Assembly (NCBI GenBank): GCA_028534125.1
Contig: CM052817.1
Coordinates: 71,922,001 to 71,982,000, forward strand
DNA: 60,000 nt
Reading direction: 5' to 3'
DNA from: Lama glama
Taxonomy: Eukaryota
Made by a program: the position numbers and the translations under genes. Below, in pieces: positions 12,681 through 23,622 of this stretch. The notes beneath the pieces are model-generated. The model was not told where the DNA came from, did no database searches, and worked only from the letters and a program-made list of their open reading frames with translations. Numbering within the stretch: the stretch's first letter is position 1; every line of letters starts with the position of its first letter.

Positions 12681-13219
12681 TAAGCTTATAGGTGTGAAAA
12701 AAGACAGATAGTTAAACCATATTTTGGCTTTGGGCCACTTGTGACAGGCTCTTTTTGTGGCAGAGTACTTGGGGTGTTCCTCTCAGGCAGTTACTTGGGG
12801 TTTTAAGAGGCAGAGCCTACCAGATGAAGGTTTTTTGTTTTTGTTTTGTTTTGTTTTTTAACTGATACCTGTGTGTTATACTATAGCTGGTGGGTGGACC
12901 CTTGGCATTTAAGAGTCCTTATAAGGACGCTCATCTAGTTGTTTGTTGGAAAGAGCATATGGTCAAAATTCTTTCCACTTACACCATTGACCCCTTTGGG
13001 TTTTGTATCCCATTCTGGGTGAATTGATTTGGTAGCACACAGGTAAAAAGTTGTGCTAGAAGCTGCATTGCATACAAAATAGTAAGTAAAAATTAATTGT
13101 ATTAATTGATATTCCTGGAATCATCTTTTCTTTTTTTTTGAATAGGAATGCAATTTTTAAAAACATGTTTTTCCAATATCATCACTTTTATTTCAGGCCC
13201 TTTGTTTTGAGGACATATA

Positions 13220-13478
13220 CCCATTTCCCAAACTTTCGTCATTCACATGCCAATTTCAAGATTTTTGCAGTATTTCTGTATTATTTGTATTTAATGTGTG
13301 TGTATATTTTTTATCTTAATAGCACCTGGGAAATCAAGGTTTGATGTTTTAAATTTCATCTTTCTATTTACAACAGAACAAGCACATCATTATCAAAATG
13401 AAAAATGGTCATCTGTGTAGCATGTATAATAATTATGATTCATCAGAACTTAGGTACTACTTTTAGGAAAAACTATTA
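13220..13478. mobile_element. hAT-Charlie-type MER (MER113-like)
   Basis: Ends 'catttcccaaactttcgtcattc' and 'cttttaggaaaaacta' resemble Charlie TIRs. The interior resembles the recalled consensus. Confidence 0.5.
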
Positions 13479-15184
13479 CATACCAATCCTTAAAGTCACC
13501 CTTACTTAGTGAACATAGTTTTACAACATATTTACAACACTTAATCATTTTTTTTAAGGCTAGGGTTAAAAGAAATTTATATTTCCTGAGCATGCACCAG
13601 TTGAAGGCATCAAAGATACTATGGGAAGCATGTAGCCAGGCTGTAATTAAAATTTTGCCATGTGTAATAGAAAAGATGTGAAGTCTACCAATGAATATAA
13701 AGGAATGTAGTTTACCAAAAGGTATGTTATCCCTATATATTAATATTTTGTTAATATTGATGTGTTGGGCTTTGCTTTTATTGATGTCCATTTGTGAAAA
13801 GGACTGGTCAGTCCCAATTAGCATTAAACCTTTGCACATGGAGGCTCCTTTTGGAGACTCTGAGTCCACCTTCAGCCTTTACAAATGAAGAGCTATTGAC
13901 TAGAACACAGGCATACAGGTGAGCCGAATTTCACATATGATGGCACATATTCATTTTATTCTGCACATAAATCTCCATATAAAATATGAAAGTTGCTTTT
14001 CAATAAAATGATGGATGGCTGATTTTCTATTTATTATTCCTTGGTTCTTCCTTTCATGAACTACATTTAGTTGCTACTCGAACAATACAGTTAGGTTGAA
14101 CCCTTGATAATAGAACAGATCAAAGTAATTGGACTATGTGGGAATTGAGCTGAAGACCAACTTTGACCTCATTAGTGCAATGATACAGTCAGCAAAGGTT
14201 GTCAGATCCAACACTCACAGAACCACTCAAAGGAAACACTCATTTCAAAGGGAAGGTGAATTCGTAGTTAACACAGCAGCTTTGTAGACTGAAGTTTAAA
14301 AAGAGAATTGTAAAAATATCAGAGAGCACATCATAAAGTTGGATTTTTAGCTCTGCATATTTGAGTCTGTTTCTTACCTTGTAGTCAGTGGTAGGAAAAT
14401 GCTTAGGAAAGAGAACAAATTCACCATGGTATTCTCAGCAGACATGGTCAGAGAGAAGGATACAGTAAGCTATTAGAGCACAATCACTCTACAAGCATCC
14501 TTGAAGCCATGCTAATTGTACTGGTGCCGGTCACATGAGAATGGACATTCAGGGGTCCAGTACAGCTATCAGAGACAAATGACAGGCTGACCTTTTCTGA
14601 GTGCAGTAGCTGGGTACTATGGCTATTATTTCTTGCCACTTAAGCAAAAAGACTATGTTCAACGAGAAGGTTAGGGTTATGATTTCCAAAGCAACTGACT
14701 TTTTGCCCTACAGGGGCAGTGATGGCAGTCTTTATTCAGGAACAGGACATGCATATGTAAAAGTCTGTAAGGTGTATCCGGCCACTTTTGTAGACACGAG
14801 AAATAGCATTAATGCAGAATCATCAAAGGACAGGCAATTGGTCACATCTGAAACCTGTTTTCCTCTTTCAACTCAAGACAGGGAACTTAAGTATTTTCTC
14901 CTCTCTCTCTTGTTTCTCCCCTTTTTTCCCTTAAAGACATTTTTTCTTCACCTTATTTTCCACAAATAATTTTATTGTTGAAATCTTTATCTTGACCTTG
15001 AATTTCCTTGTTTGGTAGCTATGAGTTTGTATTAATGATACGATACTGGTACCAGGTGTTGATGTTCCCAATCTAGACTGGAATATGAATAAGGTATAAT
15101 TTGAAGAGCAACAAGAGGCCCTTCAGCTCCCAGATATTCTTGACTGTGTCCCTAAAGTTCAACTATTAGACAGTAATTTATTTC

Positions 15185-15305
15185 TCAATTCAATTATTAT
15201 TAATTGAGCAGCTACCACAGGCTAAGCATTGTGATAGGTGCTGAAAATAAAATAGTATGCAGAAACAGACAAAATATGGTGTTTCACAGCACGCAGTCTA
15301 GTGCA
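15185..15305 (-). mobile_element. L2 3' end fragment
   Basis: 'tattaattgagcagctaccacaggctaagcattgtgataggtgctg'. Confidence 0.6.
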
Positions 15306-15623
15306 GGAACCTAACAGGAATTGCAGCAGTTATCTTTTGAACTTTGAACTTTGAAGCCCCCATTCTAAAGCAAACATCCCCAAGACTAGCTAGCTGTTAA
15401 TGCTTTAGAGAGGATTTGACTTCAGGCTGAGAGGAAGACTCTGTAGAAACAGTTTTCGATTTAGTCACTGGGGAGGCAGGACACAGGATAAGAAGAAATA
15501 CCATTTTCCTTACAACATTGATTTGAGGAGGTGCAAAGCTGGTGAAGTTGTCCTGGGGATCAAGTCCATATATTGAAAGATAAGTGGAAGCTAGAGCCTT
15601 CATTTATTTGCCTTTCTTTGCCT

Positions 15624-15663
15624 ATTATTATTGTTATTATTATTATTATTATTATCATCATTA
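15624..15663. repeat. (TTA)n/(TCA)n microsatellite
   Basis: attattattgttattattattattattattatcatcatta. Confidence 0.9.
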
Positions 15664-15748
15664 CTATTTTTGGAGAGCATAGAAATTAGATATTTGAGTT
15701 TCTGAAAATTTGTCTCAGTTGCCCTGGTTTAGTCCTTAACCTTGCATT

Positions 15749-16793
15749 CTTCTCTTTTTTTAAATCGAAGTACAGACAGTTACAATGTGTCAATTTCTGG
15801 TGCACAGCACAAGGTCCCAGTCATGCTTATACATACACATACTAGTTTTCATATTCTTTTTCATTAAAGGTTATTGTAAGATATTGAATATAGTTCCCTA
15901 TGCTATACAGAAGAAACTTGATTTTTTAAAATATATTTTTATATATAGTAGCTACATTTGCAAATCTCAAATTCCCGAATTTATTCCTTCCCACACACTT
16001 TCCCCCAGTAACCATAATTGTTTACTATGTTTGCAAGTCTGTTTCTGTTTTATAGATGAGTTCATTAGTGTCCTTTTTCCCCTCCCTTTTATTTTTAAGA
16101 TTCCACATATGAGTGATATAATATGGTATTTTTCTTTCTCTTTCTGGCTTATTTCACTTAGAATGATGATCTCTAGGTCTATCCATGTTGCTGCAAATGA
16201 CACTATTTTATTCTTTTACGGTTGAGTAGTATTCCATTATATAAATATACCACAACTTCTTTATCCAGTCATCTGTCAATGGACATTTAGGTTGCTTCTA
16301 TGTCTTGGCTATTGTGAATAATGCTGCTATGAACATTGGAGTGGATGTATCTTTTTGAATTAGAGTTCCCTCCAGATGTACGCCCAGGAGTGGGATTGCT
16401 GGATCATATGGCAAGTCTATTTTTAGTTTTTTAAGGAATCTCCATACTGTTTTCCATAATGGCTGCACCAAACTACATTCCCATCAGCACTGTAGAAGGC
16501 TTCCCTTTTTTCCACACCCTCTCCAGCATTTATCATTTGTGGACTTTTGAATGATGGCCATTCTGACTGGTGTTGGGTGATACCTCATTGTAGTTTTGAT
16601 TTGCATTTTTCTGATAATTAGTGATACTGAACATTTTTTTCACGTGCCTATTGGCCATTTGTATGTCTTCACTGGAGAACTGAATGTTTAGGTCTTCTGC
16701 CCATTTTTGGATAGGGTTGTTTGGTTTTTTGTTATTAAGTTGTATAAGCTGTTTATATAGTCTGGAAATTAAACCTTTGTTAGCTGCATCATT
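15749..16793 (-). mobile_element. 5'-truncated young camelid-type L1 (ORF2 C-terminus, 3'UTR, polyA)
   Basis: Minus strand reads 'IQKWAEDLN...[10 protein letters not shown]...KCWRGCGK...[11 protein letters not shown]...FAATWIDLEIIILSEISQKEK' with in-frame stops. Perfect 13-bp TSD ttaaccttgcatt at 15736-15748 and 16794-16806. Confidence 0.95.
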
Positions 16794-17369
16794 TTAACCT
16801 TGCATTTGTTTTGCGGGCAATCTGTTATGACTTTTCATTTTCGAATGTGTATTCCTCAAAATTGACTATCTTTTTGACTGTTTATCTGTTATTAATGCAT
16901 ATATTCATAAGCTATATGATGTTACCTTCCTATGGGTATAATATTATTCTAAAACAATTTGAGTTAGAGTTTGAAAATTTTGTAGTTTATTCATCATTCT
17001 CCACCCCAAGAAATGTTGCATGCTTTCCTCAAATAGTTACTTCTTTTTATACCAATATCTAAATAATTAAAAAGATCAAGAACCATATGCTATCTATGTT
17101 GAATTAAGTGACTTCAGGTCATCAATATTTTTATATGAGAACAATAACAAATAGGTTATTTGCTCAATTTTATAAAAGCACAGTTGTCTGAAATTATATA
17201 TTCTTTTGATTATGTTTATACTATCTTAATGAGATATTATCTTGTTATATCATTTTGGAGCTCAGCACAATTTATACTGTGTCCAGCTTAATAGCAAGCC
17301 TTTGCAATATTCAAATTCAAGGCCTTCATCTCTATTCATTTCATTTCACAAAACCTCTCTGGATCAACT

Positions 17370-17880
17370 GGCATTTAGCCACTCACTCGTTTTCCTCAAA
17401 TTCTGCCTCCCTCTATCCTCCCACATCTAATCAATTACTAGGTTTTGTCAACTGTACCACAAAAATATTTTCTCATGCTCATCATTTCATTTCCATCCTC
17501 TTTGACACTGTCCTAATTGACCAGGATCCTGGGCTTGCATTTATGGCCTTTGACAATCTAGCCATAACTTGTCTTTCCAATGTTAGCTTCCACTACAAGC
17601 TCCCCTTCCCGTGTTCCTGTACACAGTTCCCACCTGAAGCCCTTTATCCTACCCTCCAGAAACTTATTCACAAGATTTCTTCCATCTGACTTCCCCTTCC
17701 CATACTCTGATCTTCAAATTCCTGATCCATTCTTCACAAATGCCCCCTTCCAACAAAGTTTTCTCATCTTCCAGCCAGAAGACATTTCCCCTTTCTCTCT
17801 CTCCTATTACTGCATATATTATCAGAGTAGTTAAAGCTGCTCTGTTGTGTTAGTTTATGTATTCATGCATGTATCCACCA
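17370..17880 (+). mobile_element. L2 LINE fragment
   Basis: 'cccacatctaatcaattactaggttttgtcaactgtacc...' followed by pyrimidine-rich L2 3' text. Confidence 0.6.
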
Positions 17881-17884
17881 GATG

Positions 17885-18196
17885 AAGTTATGTAAAGCTG
17901 TGGTAACAAAAAAAAGTGTCAAAATTTTAGTGGCTTAGCTGTGCTCCATGTGGCAGCTCAGCTTTCCAGGCTGCTTGTGACACCTCCGTCTCAACAAATG
18001 CTTTCACAGTTGCCACAGCAGAACACATGGGGAATCACAACCATCTCTTAATCACTTCTGTCTGTTATTGAGATAGCACTTTCCTCATATTTTCTTGGTC
18101 AAAGCAAGCTGCCTTTAAGTTAATAGAGAAATGTAAAACTCTTGGATGTGCAGAAAAGAGAAGAGAACCAAAAATATTGGTGAGCACTAATGATTT
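17885..18196 (-). mobile_element. ERVL-MaLR solo LTR (MLT1K/L-like); its terminus resumes after the L1 at about 19338-19357
   Basis: 'gctgtggtaacaaaa...ttttagtggcttag...gaaccaaaaatattggtgagcactaatga'. Confidence 0.65.
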
Positions 18197-19337
18197 CTTT
18201 CTTGTCAATCTGTATATCTTTTATTTCCTTTTCTTGTCTTATTGTATTAGCTAGAACTTCTAGTGCAATGTTGAATAGAAGTGGTGATAGGGGAATCTTT
18301 GTCTTATTTCTGAACTTAGGGGGAAAGCATCTAGTTTTTCACTCTTGAGTAAAATGTCAGCTGTAGATTTTTTGTTTTTGCTTATCAAGTTGAGGAAATT
18401 TCCTCTATTCTTATTTTGTTGAGCATTTTTATAATGAATGAGTTTGGCATTTTATCAAATGCTTTTACTGTCTTTATTATATAATCATGATTTTTCTTAG
18501 TCTGTTGGTGTGATGAATGACATCAATTGATTTTTGAATGTTAAATCAGCATTGCATTGCATATCTAGAATAAATCCCACTTGGTCATGGCACATAATTC
18601 TTTTTATACATTGTTGAATTCAATTTGCTAATATTTTGTTGAAAATTTTGGCATTTATGCTCATGAGAAATATTGGTCTATAGTTTTCCTTTCTTGTAAT
18701 GTCTTTGTTTGGTTTTAGTTCTAGGGTAATACTCACCTCAGAATGTGTTTGAAAGTATCCTCTCTGCCTCAATTTTCTGGAAGAGATTATAGAGAATTGG
18801 TATCAATTCTTCCTTAAATATCTGGTAGACTGCACTAGTAAAACCATCCAGGCCTGGTGCTTTCTGTTTTGGAAAGTTATTATTATTGATTCAAATTCTT
18901 TATTCTATTAAGATTACTTATTTTTCTGTATGTGAGTTTTGGAAGATTGTGATTTTTAACAAACTGATCCATTTCATCTAAGTTGTCAAATTTGTGGGCA
19001 TAGAGTTGCTCATAATATCCCTTTATTATACTTTCAGTGTTCATGGGATCACCAGTGATGGTCTCTCTTTCATTCCTGATATTAGTAATTTGTGTCGTCT
19101 CTTTCCTTAGTTAGTCTGACTAGACGTTTGTCAATTTTTAAGGATCTTTTTAAAGGACTAGCTTTTGACTTCATTAATTTTCTTTATTGTTTTCCTGTTT
19201 ACAATTTTACTCATCTCTGTTCTAATTTTTACTATTTATTTTCTGCTGCTTAGTTTGGATTTATTTTACTCTTCTTTTTCTAGCTTCCTAAAATCAAAGC
19301 TTAGGTTATTGATTTTAGATATTTCTTCTTTTCTAAT
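18197..19337 (-). mobile_element. L1M internal ORF2 fragment, truncated at both ends
   Basis: Antisense text corresponding to the 'AFPLRSG...[23 protein letters not shown]' RT region. Flanked by agcactaatgattt (18183-18196) / agcactattgattt (19338-19351). Confidence 0.9.
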
Positions 19338-19879
19338 AGCACTATTGATTTTTCATAATATAAGTGAAAATTATCATAAGACTGAACATTCTGAAGTTAG
19401 CATGTGTGCCTTGTTCTTCTTTGTATTCTCCCAGGCCACAAGGAAGCATCCAGAAATCAGTGTTTTCCAAACCTCAGTCATTCCCATTTTGTCTTCATGT
19501 TTTGCCATGTCTTGTGCCATTTATGATAACAATGAATATTTTTAGATAGCATCGTTTTTAAAATAAATTAGCATCCTTAGAATGGAATCTTTAAATTACA
19601 TTCATAAGCTAAAAACTAAACTATTTTCCAAAAATAGAGGTTGTCCTGAAAAATAAATATTAAACTATTAGAGTAAAAATATTGGTTGGATACTATCTAA
19701 AGTTGTCTCAAGTACCAGCAGTGGTCTTTGTGGTATGCTTTTGGAAGCACTAAAACAAATATTAGTGAAAGAGGATGCAAATATATTCCAATGTTCTTTC
19801 CAGTGGTTGAAATTTTTTTTACTTTATTTTCTTGGGGTAACATTTAGCAGCATTAACAGAATGTTTGCTTTAATGTGAA

Positions 19880-20040
19880 GGACTGCAGAATTCACTCTGT
19901 AGTCAGAAAGCCTGGTTTTAATGTTCTGTTTTCCTACTTGCCGTGTGATACAGAAAGTCACACAGATCCTCATTGGTAGAATCAATGTTATCCTCTTGAT
20001 TGTGCTGTTAGACCTATAAATGAGATGAATTATGATTATA
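19880..20040 (+). mobile_element. MIR SINE (degraded)
   Basis: 'actctgtagtcagaaagcctggttttaatg...cttgccgtgtgatacagaaagtcac'. Confidence 0.55.
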
Positions 20041-20670
20041 CTTTAAAATTTTCTTGTCATGGGAATATGATTAAGATTCTGTGTCCAGCCCTATATGATG
20101 TGGATTGGAGGTATACCAGAGATTATTTGCTTTTTAAGTAAGATTTGTGCAACTTTTTCTTTTGAAATGAATGCTTATCCAGAGGCCTAGGTAAAGTTAT
20201 GAACTGCCAAAGAAGATTCATATTAAAGAAAAATTTTCAATCAAAATTAGTGGAGAAAGAATTTGGGGAAAAGACTATTAACTTGGAAAAATATTTCTCT
20301 CTGAGATTTCCTTAAAGAATCTATTCTTTTTTTTTCTGGATGTCCACAGTTAGAGTATGATGGTAGATTTTATCTGCTATTTTGGAAGGTCAAGCCAATA
20401 TGGCCTTACCCATCCCTTTTTCTATTTCTCAAGTCTTCTTCATTCATTCTTTTTTTATTGTCAGAATTTTCTATACAGTTATTTCAGAATTGCATACAAA
20501 CCAGATGATGAACAATTAATTGTTTGATACCATACAAGCAAAAATCCCTAAATGATTAGGTGTTTCCCTCATTAAATGAGTGATTGGCTTCTAAGTCACT
20601 ATACTAAGTAGTTGGAATAAGAGTTAAGGTAAATGAACAAATAGTTTATGAGCCAAACAGAAGTACATCA

Positions 20671-20720
20671 TAAGATAAAATTTCTCTTAAGACAAAATTC
20701 CTCTTAAGATAAAGTTCCTC
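20671..20720. repeat. 17-bp tandem repeat, three copies
   Basis: taagataaaatttctct / taagacaaaattcctct / taagataaagttcctc. Confidence 0.85.
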
Positions 20721-21495
20721 AAAACATTTTCTAAGGATCAAGTGTTTTAAAAAGGTACGTTTGGGAAGTTATTTAGTACAGATGCACTAGAAGCTTTTGT
20801 TGACATTGAAGCAATGAGGTCCGTCTCTGGATTCAGTGGCAGTCATAGTTTGTTGAGGATACAGCAATGTCTGTATTCTGAAGGAAAATAAGTGAATAAG
20901 TAAAATAAATTTAAATTTGTACATAGCCTACTTTAGTAGTGCCTACTCACAACAGGAGTAACAGATGTAATCCCGGCCACGTGGAAAATCAAAGATCTGA
21001 AAACTACACTTTCAGTGAATAGGTCCCCTTTGAGCAAGTCGAATAAGGAAGAATGAGAGCCAGCTCCTGTGATATTTATGCAACTGCTAAACTCTCACTG
21101 AAGTCAATGGGAGCTTGCTTACGTCAGGGCTGCGAGCCTCAGTCTCCAGAGATTAAAGGGGGAAAAAGAATCCTTAAACTCTTTCAACATTAATATTGCC
21201 TGTAAGGAATCCAGCCATGATCTAAGCCATGGAGCTTTTTGAACCTAGCAAGTAGAAGGGTAAACAATAAACACCAGTTATTTTAAGCATGAGCTAATCA
21301 GAGTTCAATGGGAAGGAATATTATATTTGATCTCTAAGGTATTAATACTTGTAGATCACTTTTAGGCATTTTTTATGTAGCCCATTATCCAAACAATGGC
21401 TTAAGTCTGTGGTATTTAATAAGTCGAGGTGCCACGGCCATGGCGTTGGGTGGGGGTGGGGAGGAAGCGTCTTCTCACCATTTTTTTTTCCTCAG

Positions 21496-21578
21496 GTGCA
21501 ATTCTGTGTTAATATAGGAGAAGTGTGGCCTTCCTTCTCATAGCGCTAGACGTGAGATAATCCCTGTGTAAGAAATCA
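21496..21578 (+). other. Candidate non-coding or poison cassette exon (83 nt)
   Basis: Branch-like ctcAc (A at 21477), T-rich tract and cctcag acceptor, TCA|gtaagt donor. Stops in all three frames. Confidence 0.4.
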
Positions 21579-22232
21579 GTAAGTATGGTCTGCTTAATCT
21601 AGTCCCAGTGTGAAACTGTTGACATTTGTTCTTTTTTCTATCATTATGTGACTGGGCCTGTTTTGTGCTGGATTAGGCACAAATCTCCTATGCAGCACAT
21701 TTGGCATGTTACTAGTAGTTTAACTTCATTAATAATGTATGAAGAAAATGTAATCCATGACAAGGAAGGAAAGAAAAGTATTCTTTTTTTCTTCTCTCAA
21801 ATCCTTTGGAATGAGTAATTATTCAACATTTTATGTTTGATGTTATATTTTACAATTGAACTTCTATAATGATATTTTAAAAACTTTGGCAAATGCTGGC
21901 AAAAAACACACCTTTTAAAATTTTAAGTGTCATTTACTGATGGCCAGAACTTGTTAAACATAGTAGGAAATTAAATATTTATTCAGCTTATTTCATTTTC
22001 AGGGTCATAAACGCTCTTTCTGAGTCATCCCCAGTAACAAGAATTTCCACCAGCAAAGCCATTAACAGGCCTCAAGATAGGGGAGCGCTAAATTAAGATG
22101 AGATTGTATAAACAAATAAGAGCGTACGTAGTCCTGCACAGGGGCGCAAAATGACCGTTTCTGATTGAAATGTTTATAGCTAAATGAGTTTGGCTGCATC
22201 AAACAAAAATGTGCCAAAAGATAAGCCCCTCA

Positions 22233-22256
22233 CTGCTGCTGCTGCTGCTGCTGCTG
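22233..22256. repeat. (CTG)8 trinucleotide repeat
   Basis: Eight perfect CTG units. Confidence 0.95.
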
Positions 22257-23412
22257 CTTTTTTCTGTTTTCTAAGCTGCTTTACAGATGAAAATGGAACT
22301 ATATTTGGAACAATGCTTTCTGTCTTTCCATACTACTGATATTTGTGGAAAGTCACAAAATGGCCTAAGGAAGCTAAGCTCACCCCAAGCAGTGGTCACT
22401 TACAAGTACTTTTGTGCTCTACTCCTGTCACATTTGGGCGATCAGAGCAACAGCTGGGGAGACTTTTTCAACAAAGATGAGTGTCAGATAATCCTGATGA
22501 GATTCCACATCCAACATCTTTTGTAATTATGTCACATTCAGCTGTAATGGAATAATTCAAGCTGAAAGGACAAGCTTTGATCCTTTCTTAAACCTTTCCC
22601 TGTGGACTGGCTATCTAAAAGATTTAAAGATATTTCTGTTACAAGATCTACTGTTTCCTCAGAGAAGTCATGCTCCTGAAGCATCGTGATCTACAAGAAC
22701 AATATCAAGTTTGCCAAACACATTTCTGAAAGCATCTTCTCTGGGTGGGAGGGGTGCACTGAATGAAGATGTCAATAATTCACTGTTCTTCAGTTTTTAT
22801 CCAGACTATCAAGATTCATTGTCTTATTCTGTTATCTTAACAGGCAGATAGAAAAGCGATTTAAATAAATTGTGGATTTGTGGATATGTGTCATTGCACA
22901 TGAAAAGCATCTGTGTGCAAATTCATGCATATTAAATTGCGTTGTAGGAAAACTGGCCTAGTGAAACACTAGCTGTGTTGTAGAATTTAAAAATAAAAAG
23001 TTATTAAAATGCGAACAAGTTAAAGTCCCAAATTTCTCTTTTATAGGAATTTTTGTGCAAAATATTCATATTTTACTTTTATTAAGCTTTTGCATTATAC
23101 TGGTGCAACTGACAGAATTTTTTTTCAAATTCCAACTTAACACAAGATCTTTGCTTAATAATAAAGATTAGTCATGTTAAAAATCACTTACATTTGCCTT
23201 TAGTCATCCTATTTCTAAGTTATCATTTTAATTCTTTTCTTACATTTCAGTCTTGCACTAAATCATTTTTCCCCCACCTTTCTTACTTTCTTTTTCCTTT
23301 CTAATCTCAATTATTTTTTTCTGAGACTAAGTTACTGACAAAAAGTAAAGAATGCGATGGAGAAGAAAATATAGACTTGACTTTAATTTTGACTTGAAGA
23401 AAATTATTACTT

Positions 23413-23622
23413 AGGGGAGGGATAAATTAAGAGTTTGGATTAGCAGATACAAACTACTATATATATAAAATTGATAAATAGCAAGGCCCTATATTCAATA
23501 TCTTGTAATAACCTATAATTAAAAGAATATGAAAAAGAATATATATATAACTGAATCACTATGCTACACCAGAAACTAACACAACATTGTAAATCAACTA
23601 AACTTCAACTAAAAAAAAAAAA
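23413..23622 (+). mobile_element. L1 3'UTR end with polyA (artiodactyl-type)
   Basis: 'ggggagggataaattaagagtttggattagcagatacaaactac...ccagaaactaacacaacattgtaaatcaacta...aaaaaaaa'. Confidence 0.88.

Larger units (their letters stand above)
20930..22740. promoter_or_regulatory. Putative conserved non-coding developmental enhancer block
   Basis: About 1.8 kb with no recognisable common mammalian repeat. Motifs: TAATCC/GGATTA x5, GTAAACAATAAACA, AACAATGG, ATCAAAG, CTTTGAT, CCACGTGG, TTACGTCA and several TGACA/TGTCA. Conservation is inferred, not measured. Confidence 0.6.

Noticed and set aside
14372..14420. Minus-strand 24-nt microexon candidate (14378-14401), and a 9-nt one near 7390
   Set aside because: The first has an AAG acceptor and the second is extremely short; such pairs arise readily by chance and have no other support.
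21601..21659. CCCAGTGT start resembling miR-199a-5p, with a short closing stem (agtcccagt/actgggcct)
   Set aside because: The rest does not match miR-199, and the interior does not pair into a pre-miRNA hairpin.
20930..22740. Identity with known enhancers or hosts (SHH ZRS, PAX6/ELP4 SIMO, ARX/POLA1, VTI1A, FTO)
   Set aside because: No recalled diagnostic sequence or expected neighbouring coding exon was found, so the locus is left unnamed.
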